DNA of 61,859 bases, filler included, from Rhabdomonas costata (Eukaryota), in NCBI GenBank assembly GCA_019059605.1. It is 15 parts of 15 records of this genome, joined end to end, with 100 filler letters (N's around TTAATTAATTAA, not from the genome) between each part and the next. Parts side by side here need not be neighbours in the genome. Positions count along the whole stretch, not along the records: positions 24,841 to 28,873 come from JAHMHO010000400.1; positions 28,974 to 33,003 come from JAHMHO010000401.1; positions 33,104 to 37,130 come from JAHMHO010000402.1; 12 more parts are not named here. One strand, written 5' to 3'. This document shows positions 25,650 to 33,358 of the stretch, one piece after another; position 1 is the stretch's first letter; the number at the start of each line of letters is the position of its first letter. Below the pieces are notes generated by a model. It searched no databases. It saw nothing but the letters and a program-made list of their open reading frames with translations, and was not told the origin of the DNA. The translations under genes were made by a program, and so were the position numbers.

Positions 25650-25997
25650 CTAGCATGTAACGCTACGAGTGGTGTTGGTGTAAGTGTCTCCAGGGTAGTG
25701 CAAGCTGTTGTGGTGATGCTGATACAGATGCTGCGTAGTGCGGTTGATGCTGGTTCCACAACAGGGGCAAGATCCGAAGTGGAGGTCGCCGAGACCAACA
25801 TTCTAGGATGTTGCTGAAGGTGGAATCGAAGTAGCAATTCCCACTCATAGTGGTGAAGTGAAAGGTGCATGCCAGATTCCAACACATGATGTCAGGATGT
25901 CAGATTGAGTGAAGATGTCAGGATGTCATGATGAGGGAGTTACGCTAACATTTCGATGCACGGTGCTGATGCTTAGATGCTGACTGATACTGAGAGC
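25650..25997 (-). pseudogene. nad8: nad8 (NuoI/TYKY)-like cryptic frame; TGA read as Trp, one in-frame TAG
   Basis: CVGIWHAPFTSP-LWVGIATSIPPSATS*NVGLGDLHFGSC-PCCGTSINRTT is gap-free against [51 protein letters not shown] (same 28-residue spacer). Only 3 of 8 ligand Cys are present. Confidence 0.55.
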
Positions 25998-25999
25998 TT

Positions 26000-26206
26000 A
26001 GGGGAGCGACACAATCGATGCCAAGCTGATGATGTAAGCATGATGTCAGCACTGTGTATGTCACGATGTCAGAACCCAAACTCAAAGGCTGAAGTGACGT
26101 GAGAGGATGTATGATGCCCATCCTACGCAGAGATGACATGCAGATACCCTACCCAGATGCTGACATGATGGGTGATGATGTAGGGATGATGCTTACCTCA
26201 ATGCAT
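26000..26206 (-). pseudogene. nad3: nad3-like N-terminal half (cryptic), one in-frame TAG
   Basis: The ATG at 26206 is followed 38 codons later by SAFEFGF (cf. SAYECGF at the same distance in nad3). The C-terminal half is not in frame and abuts the nad8-like frame. Confidence 0.4.
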
Positions 26207-26259
26207 GGATGATGTGTGTGTGCGTATTCCCACCGCTAAGATGCATTCTAATGGGTGTC

Positions 26260-26958
26260 AGTGGGGATTAAGACGCTGTCGCTGTGTGTCCCGCCTCGTC
26301 GTAACTGCGTTCCTCATACGCTCGTGATGCGCGGTTCGTCACCACCGCTACGCCCTTCCGTTCCTCACGATACACATCACTACTACGCATGCGCCACTCC
26401 TACGTAGTGACTGCATGCTACGTGACAATAACCGTCAATTTAAGCGTAAGTGGTGTATTCCTGTGTGACTACTCCCGGACGGAACTAACATGAGAGACAT
26501 TGTCAGGTAGTGGCAAGTAGCGAATGTGAGAAGAGTGACAATCTATGCTACTTTGCATGCTCGGTACGTCGCATGATACGTTTCTACATCCCACTTCATG
26601 ATGAAATTTGCTACGCTCATGCCATCATGTCGTACCTTACCGTGAGGGCCCCACAGTGAGTAAGAGAGAATAAGGGTGTGAAGCGGTTGCATCGGATGTA
26701 GGCAGCGGCCTCCGGGTAAGGGTCCGGACCCACCTCAACTTTATGCAGAACCGTCTAACATGGATAAGAAATGGTATCTCTTGAATGGTGCAAATTCAAA
26801 AGAGCTGCTTCCGCAAGATTTCCAGTTCTCAACACCACCACCTTTACACTCCTATATTTCATTTCTCTTTCACGTGTGTTTGTTTGTAGTTACACCTTAT
26901 TTGTGTATCTCTGTGTTGCCGCCACGTCCGTTGCCAGGCCTGAATCAGATATCTTCTT
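26260..26958 (-). rRNA. rns: Highly divergent, reduced (~700 nt) mitochondrial-type small-subunit rRNA
   Basis: Collinear landmarks on the minus strand: TGATTCAGGCCTGGCAACGGACGTGGCGGCA (cf. TGATCATGGCTCAGATTGAACGCTGGCGGCA); GGTCCGGACCCTTACCCGGAGGCCGC (cf. GGTCCAGACTCCTACGGGAGGCAGC); 530-loop-like GTGGGGCCCTCACGGTAA; CCGTCCGGGAGTA...AAATTGACGG; GTGGCGCATGCG; h44 AACCGCGCATCACG...CAGTTACGACGAGG. Confidence 0.8.
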
Positions 26959-26959
26959 T

Positions 26960-27910
26960 TTGTGTAGTTTCCATCTCGTACCTCACACGGAAACAGGCGA
27001 TCATTGTGCGTCACTACCTTTTACTTTCCATTTCTTTTATTTGCTGTTACCTTTTCTGGACAAAAAGGTTTTTGCCACACCGTACAAACAGCTTAACGAT
27101 GATGTCTTCTTTCCTAACGCCACGGACTTTTGAACTCCACGGCAAACGCCTTCGTCCACAGAGGAGACGCAAACCCCTTTATCCCTCCAGCTCTGGTGCC
27201 GCGGAGCTCGTACTAATTGGTACGTCACCTCCATGGAACTCATGATGCCCACATGACTTACCCCGATCAGTTGTTCTGTCAGAAACAGCAGAGTGGGGCG
27301 GAATGGACGGGGAAGAGTAGCGAAATCCTCTTCCATGCGGGTTCCGCAGGGCACCAGGTGGATGGCAAGGCGGGGACTGCATCCAGCCAGCCGCTGGCCG
27401 ATGCGGTGTGAGGATTCTGATGGCGTGAATAAGTGGTGACCGCATGGGCGGGCTGTGTGGGAGCCGGGTTGCACGGAGCTGCTGCGGCTGCGTCTGCTGC
27501 CGGCGCCTCAGATGAGGAGGAGCATGCTGTGTGGATGCATCGCAGGCTGTGGTGTGTTTGCTCTGGGAGCTGGAGAAGGATGCGGTCAAGCGCAGATGGG
27601 TGAACTATGGCAGTGGAGCCGGCCCATACAGCTGCAAAAGGCGCAGAAGTTGGCGTGGGTGTAGATCCAGATGCGCCAGCGCAGCGGAAGGGGTAGTGGG
27701 TAGATGAAGGTGGTAGTGGTCCCTGAACGTGGTCCAAAACCATGGTGCCGTGCAGGCCCGGGGGTATAGATGGATGGAAGCCCCCTCCGCGTCATTACCG
27801 CCAACGGGGCACATCCTTCAGTGGAGGACGAGCCAGGATGATCTGGGCGAGCAGTGTTTGCACATGGCGGGCCAGGGCAGCACGAGCAGCAGAGGTGAGT
27901 AGGAGGACAT
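26960..27910 (-). rRNA. rnl: Highly divergent, reduced (~950 nt) mitochondrial-type large-subunit rRNA
   Basis: Landmarks in canonical order: GTGCTGCCCTGGC (5-prime end); CTGCGCCTTTTGCAGCTGTATGGGCCGGC (start of domain II); GTPase-centre-like CTGCCATAGTTCA..GCG; CAAACACACCACAGCC; H69 GCGGCTG..CAGTCC; ACCCGCATGGAAGAGG; P-loop-like AGTTCCATGGAGGTGAC; PTC GGGATAAAGG..GAGTTCAAAAG..GACATC; GTAGTGACGCAC; sarcin-ricin-like GTACGAGATGGAA in a GTGT/TACAC stem. Confidence 0.75.
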
Positions 27911-27987
27911 CCGTGACTATCCCACAGAGGCGGCAGCAGGATGGACAGGTCCGTGCCAGGGCGGCCGTGATTTCTGGGAATTTGTAC

Positions 27988-28027
27988 CGTACTAGGACCA
28001 GGAGTGGGCACTCCTGGTCCTAGTACG
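27988..28027. promoter_or_regulatory. Perfect 19-bp inverted repeat (hairpin) between the divergent rnl and nad9-like units
   Basis: CGTACTAGGACCAGGAGTG-gg-CACTCCTGGTCCTAGTACG. It is internal to the contig, and the nad9-like ATG follows immediately at 28028. The regulatory role is inferred. Confidence 0.6.
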
Positions 28028-28475
28028 ATGTGGTTTTGTGTACTCATGGAGGCAGGAGCCTGGAAGCCGGGCTCGGTGGCTGCTGTCATCGGTCCAGGTC
28101 CACACCGAGCCGGAGATCACCCACCTAATGCTTCCGCTGAGAAGGGGACCGCCGTGGTAGACATTTGTGGCGTAAATTTCCAGGGGGGAGTCGCAACATT
28201 CGTCGCGACGGAGTGCTGAATGCTGCAGTCAGGTTGGCCAGCATCTAGTCGTAGTGACTCTCACGTCCTCTCGAGTCACTCCTCCACTCCCTACTCGTCT
28301 CTCCACCTCCATAAGGCGGCTACGTTCCTCGACTCACCACTCTCTCTTAACCACCTTACGTGTCGCCCTCGGCGGGCTCCTCTTCGCATCTACCTCACAT
28401 TTGGTTCAGGCATCAGGAAGGCATAGAGGGTACGAAGCATGGGTGCGTCATCGAGCCGTGCGTAGTAGGATAGAG
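28028..28475 (+). CDS. nad9: nad9 (NuoC/30 kDa subunit)-like frame, TGA=Trp, divergent, with a frameshift near the 3-prime end
   Basis: The ORF-track frames 28004-28219 and 28220-28426 join through one TGA. VVDICGVNFQGGVATF (cf. LIDICGVDYPSRKRRF); TPYSSLHLHKAA-x20-LRIYLTFG (cf. TPIESAVSVFKAA-x20-LRRILTDYG); then RK, and in the +1 frame GYEAWVR (cf. GYVEVRY). Confidence 0.65.
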
Positions 28476-28639
28476 GATAGAAGGATGATACCTGGTTGGA
28501 TCCCTGACACCCTACCCTTCAACTCACCCTCCGACTCAGAAACAAGAACAGCCATCAGACACAAGAACCCTTCACCAACATCAACACACCATGCTACAGC
28601 CGTTGGGACACAAACATCACATCCAACATCCAGGGCCCC

Positions 28640-28873
28640 AGAAATCCACGCACAGTCAGAAATCCACGCACTCCTCCAACCACCATTAGCAACAACAACC
28701 ACAGTACAAGCACTTGAGACATAGACCGTAGCAACAGACACCGTAACAGAGGAAGACGTAGGAACTGTAATACAGGAAGGCCATGAGACGGATGCTGAGA
28801 CAGAGCATGACATCACCGATACAGACACAGAAGGTACAGGCATCGACACAGAAGGCGTACACACAGAAGGCAT
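28640..28873 (+). repeat. A/C-rich low-complexity arm with short repeats (CAGAAATCCACGCA x2, ACACAGAAGG x3)
   Basis: The repeats are directly visible. The arm mirrors the G/T-rich GGTCATGG-containing left end at 24841-25385. Confidence 0.7.
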
Positions 28874-29892
28874 NNNNNNNNNNNNNNNNNNNNNNNNNNN
28901 NNNNNNNNNNNNNNNNNTTAATTAATTAANNNNNNNNNNNNNNNNNNNNNNNNNNNNNNNNNNNNNNNNNNNNGGGGTGGTGTTCACCTAAGGCTGAAAG
29001 GCCGAACGCCGACAGACCACGCATCAAGAAGGCCGCTACGAACACCACGAATGAACACTAGCAACAATGGGAAAGGAGACCCGACAGTCCACGACAGCGA
29101 CGCGGCATTCGGCCTTTCAGCCTTAGGTGAAGACCACCAGTTAGGACCAGGGGTATACTGTAGGTGCATCTCTGAGTCTGATGCTGACCCGGGGCCCACA
29201 GAAGATGATGATAGATGGCTGATGGTGGGATGGGGTGTATGGTGGTCGTATGCTTCACTACGTTCAGTATACTCCATGTATTAACGTCCCCTACGTAGAA
29301 CTCACTATTACAACTTGACTTGAAATGTTGTCGTCGAAACGTTTTTGTGCAGAAATGGTGTGGTTTATTTTTCCACTGTGCCCCAAAAAGATGAGTGATA
29401 CGAGATTTTCTTTGGCACACGAATGGCAGAAGTTCGGAGATTTCTGTTGCATAGCAAAGCGGCTAATGCGATCATTTGCGACATGAAAAATGCCCATCGG
29501 CCAGGGCTGCTGCACAGGCCTTTACCTTTAAGTGCGGTCAAGAGACACATGCTTTGTCAAAGGCTTCGCTTTGTCAAGCTGTATCGTGATGAGAAAGAGT
29601 TGTTGCGCAGCGACATCAAACAAATGTCAGAGGTCCGAAAGCAAAGCCAAACGAGAAGAAAATACCTTTCTTGCGCCTCCATCGCAAGAGCGTTATCGTT
29701 GGAACTTACAATATTGGTGGAAATTATGGATTCGAAAGTTAAGCGAACTGCAATTTTACGTCCACCACGAACGGGCCGGAGTACTTCTTGGGGAAGGAAG
29801 CGAGGAAGACTGACAAGCGCTTTCAAAATAGAAGCCCCTCCCCAGTCAAAACAGCCCCTGTAACAATTTTCCAACTGGGCAACGAAGGACAA

Positions 29893-32640
29893 ACCTCAGG
29901 GAACTTTTCTCGGGGTCCTTGACGTCGTATGTTTGGTAAGTGGAGTGGGTGATGGAACGCAGTTCGTCCACATTGGGTGTGAGCCCCTTGACCTTGACAT
30001 CCCGAGTGGAATCCCTATTGGAAGCCCATGGCAAATTCCTTCTGCTCAGCGCACGAGAGAGAAGGACCAAAGTATGTGGTGTGGCCATGTGACGTCGTAA
30101 GAAAGCTGAAAAGGTGCAACCAAGATTGCTTCGTAAACATCAAAACTCAAAAATCGTTTCCCACATCCAGCAAAATGCTTCAACAGCAGGTAACCGAAAT
30201 TACCTCAGGGTATTGCCTTTTCGGCTAACCACCACTCCCTTGCGCTGCTCCTCGTGCAAGGCTGCCCGCAGGGTGTCTACGTCTGCCATCGCGGCGTCCC
30301 GCAGTCGAAATTCCCTGGCAAAACGCTGCAGCTCGTCCCGATTCTCGAAACTGACTGTGGGTTTGTCGTCAGCTGAAGAAACAAAAGAAGATCTGAGGCT
30401 CTTTTTTACCTACAAAATGACCAAACGAAATGAACCTTACCAATTCCCTTTGGGTTGGGAGTTGTCGAATCTGCCAATTAGAACGCCATTCACGCCATTT
30501 AGAAGAAAACGCCCAAAGATGGGAGTGTACCCAAATTCGCTCTGTCCCGAAAAGTGTGTCAAAAGTCAAAAATATGAAGGGCGGCGGGGTCTAGGCACTT
30601 TCTTACAGGGCTTTCCTACAAAAGCAAAAAAAGCCTTTCTGGCCTAACCTTTTTACTTTGAGGATACTTTCCCAGGTATGGCAGAGGTCAACGACATGGA
30701 GTCACACCGCATGTCATGTGCACGATATAACACTGAGCAATGCCTTTTGGCTACATGCTGCACATTCGTGTCAGTAGTTACTTTGGGCAAAGCAGAAGAA
30801 CTTGGTTTAGCCGCACCAACACTCGCGAAGCAAGAGCAGGCTGGGGGTACTGTTCTCTGTTTTTGCGAGGCCTTCCATTATTGCATCCAGGCTCACAGAC
30901 TTGATGAAAAAGACACCTTTTAAGCGAATACAGTCTCAACAAAAGGCCAAAAATGAGAAAACCGGAACTATAAAAATGATAACACAGTTTTGTCGTACGT
31001 TGTGGGTCTGAAAACGAAGTGCGACTTCAGAGAGCACAAAAAACAGCTTGGAGCTGTTGTCTAACAGTAAATTCGGTTTGGCATTTAGTCGCGAGTTGAA
31101 CTCGTGACTCAGTCGCGGCACTTCGCTTCATTTACGCTCTTCAGCGCCGACTTTTGATGACTTCCGTTTTGCTTGACAATTTCAGGACAAAACCACGGTA
31201 ACGGTCACAAGGAAACTTAGCATGTTACATCATAAGAAACCACGTTTCCCCCCATTACCTTTTTACCAACGCCCCAAGTATTGCACTGTTACTACTGCTC
31301 GATAACAACAAATGATAATGTTTGAATGATGAAATGTGATCTTGATTTCTTTTCTGCAACGCTTGAAAGAGGAATGGCTGGGCTCACACACACAATTATT
31401 CCAAATATAGCAGGACTACTGCTGAAACACTGCTGATGGCGCCAAAAAAAAAGACAAAGGGGTCAGTTGCAAACTCCAGGAATGAAGTCTTGTCTCACTT
31501 TTTGCACGCAAACTGCAACCGAACTTTCACACATGTTTACTTGCATATTTGAAGTCATAAAAAGCACCTTGCTGGACTTTCTCCGAAAAATCCAAAATCT
31601 TTAATCTCCCTGCGCCAAAACGTCCAGGGTACCAGGGCGCAGATTGGGGGATCGGTACATTCTGAGGAACATTGGATAAGCGAGATTTTGATTTTTCCAC
31701 TATTTCTTTTCTCTCAAAGAGATTGGTCTCGAGAGCCCCCCATGATCCATTTTTGCTGAACCATTATTATAAGTTTCCGGGGAAACAGAGAGAGGGGGGG
31801 GGGGAACATGTAGTATTACCCGAAAATCCGGTATTAGTCCGATTCAATATTAATGCCTTTATGGTATTTAACCCCAGGTTTTTGAAACATTGCATTTTTG
31901 CGAACACTGCTCCTTGGGATGTTTGTTTTGGTGTGTGGTGGGCATAGGTAACGAGCACCAACCTTTTCTAGAACTGTGATGGGTTCTGGGATACGGGTCA
32001 ACGAAACTTTCCGCTCGTGTGTCCGGCGTAATCGCCGGCAACACGTTGGCAATCTTGGAACTTGTGATCCACTGTCCAGGGGAGGTTGCAGAAAGGGGCT
32101 GCTCGCAAAGCCACTGCCGCTGTTGGATGTGCTGCAAGCAAAAGCACATTGAACATGTCAGACGCCAAAAGTAAATGATGCCTATCAATAAAAGGAGGTT
32201 AAAAAAGGTTAGAAAAAACACCTTGATGACAGTGGGTCTTGCTTTATTCCAGGCATCAAGGCTGTCTTCCTCAAAAATCTGGCGCTGGGCTGCGCGAGAG
32301 GTGCTTTCTTTAACGATAAAACCGCGGGAATCGCTCAGCCCGTTGAGAAGCTTTCCTGAAGAGGTGCAGGACTTAAAAAACAAAAAGTCTCCAATTCCAC
32401 ACATCAACAATAAACGGCTCATTGAAAATACCTGTTTGCGATTCCTGCATCACAACACTGTCACTGATCCCAGGAGTTATAGCGGTGGTATCCGCACAGC
32501 ATTTCGGCTTTTGCAGCGGATGAGAACGCGGCCGTCCATAAACTCCCAGCAGCTCCTGAGGAGGCTGCCGAGGCCAATGGATCAGCGTATTCGGAAGCAC
32601 AGGAACAGTTGCCCTGAGAGCAGAGAAATCAGGCAATTCG
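29893..32640 (-). CDS. Hypothetical protein, multi-exon, partial
   Basis: GT/AG-bounded exon-like segments at ~32440-32640, 32222-32372 (SCTSSGK...WNKARPTVIK), ~31960-32133, ~30228-30373 (DDKPTVSFENRDELQRFAREF) and ~29893-30050. No family recognised. Confidence 0.5.
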
Positions 32641-33358
32641 TATGATCCGTTTGATTAAGCAGTGTAGTTTTGGGCAGATCTCTTCAACTGTAAATGCCTG
32701 TGATCTTCGGCCGTTCCGCTGCTCTCCGCAGCCCAAAGCATCCCGGAGAAACTAGTGGAAACTACAGGGACACATGGCTAACCCCTGAAAAAGCTTCAAA
32801 TCCCTGGTTAAATTGTGGCAAATACCAATACATTATGCCAAGCGCTCAAGTATTATTTCTCCAAAATATACGCGATAATTAAACCCATTCCTAAGTGCGT
32901 GGTTTAACACCGCAACTCTTACGCGGAACGGCAGGACCCTCCAGCCAACATTTTTAAACAGTTTTAAAAAAATTTAAAAAATGTTTATTTTTACGATTAT
33001 TATNNNNNNNNNNNNNNNNNNNNNNNNNNNNNNNNNNNNNNNNNNNNTTAATTAATTAANNNNNNNNNNNNNNNNNNNNNNNNNNNNNNNNNNNNNNNNN
33101 NNNAATGCTTGAGCTTCTCCTCCTCCGCCCTGTATAGAACACTGTGAACTGTGTTGGAAGCACCGCGTGTACAGTGTACACGGTGACTGTGCGGACGCGG
33201 TTCACCGCACTTTTTCTGTTTTGCGTGAAGCTAGCGGAGAAAACGAAAGAAAAGTAAAAAAGACGAAAAATTTAATTAAGAAAACGTAAACGTTTTGGCC
33301 AACCCTGCGGCAAGACTGGAAGCACCCAGGCAATCCTCCGCTTCCTTTAATTTACCAG

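Noticed and set aside
25631-25885. ORF LESGMHL... as nad9
   Set aside because: Only vague similarity. A different frame fits nad8, and a much better nad9 match lies at 28028-28426.
27310-27360. Plus-strand GTAGCGAAATCC...GTTCCG...GCAC resembling LSU H70-71, suggesting an inverted rRNA fragment
   Set aside because: The minus strand already provides a collinear H69-H71 match in the right position, so I treated it as coincidence. Worth rechecking with stranded RNA data.
29423-29640. PLSAVKRHMLCQRL...EKELLRSDIKQM as a KDZ/Zisupton transposase C-terminus
   Set aside because: The similarity is too weak and no catalytic motifs were found nearby.
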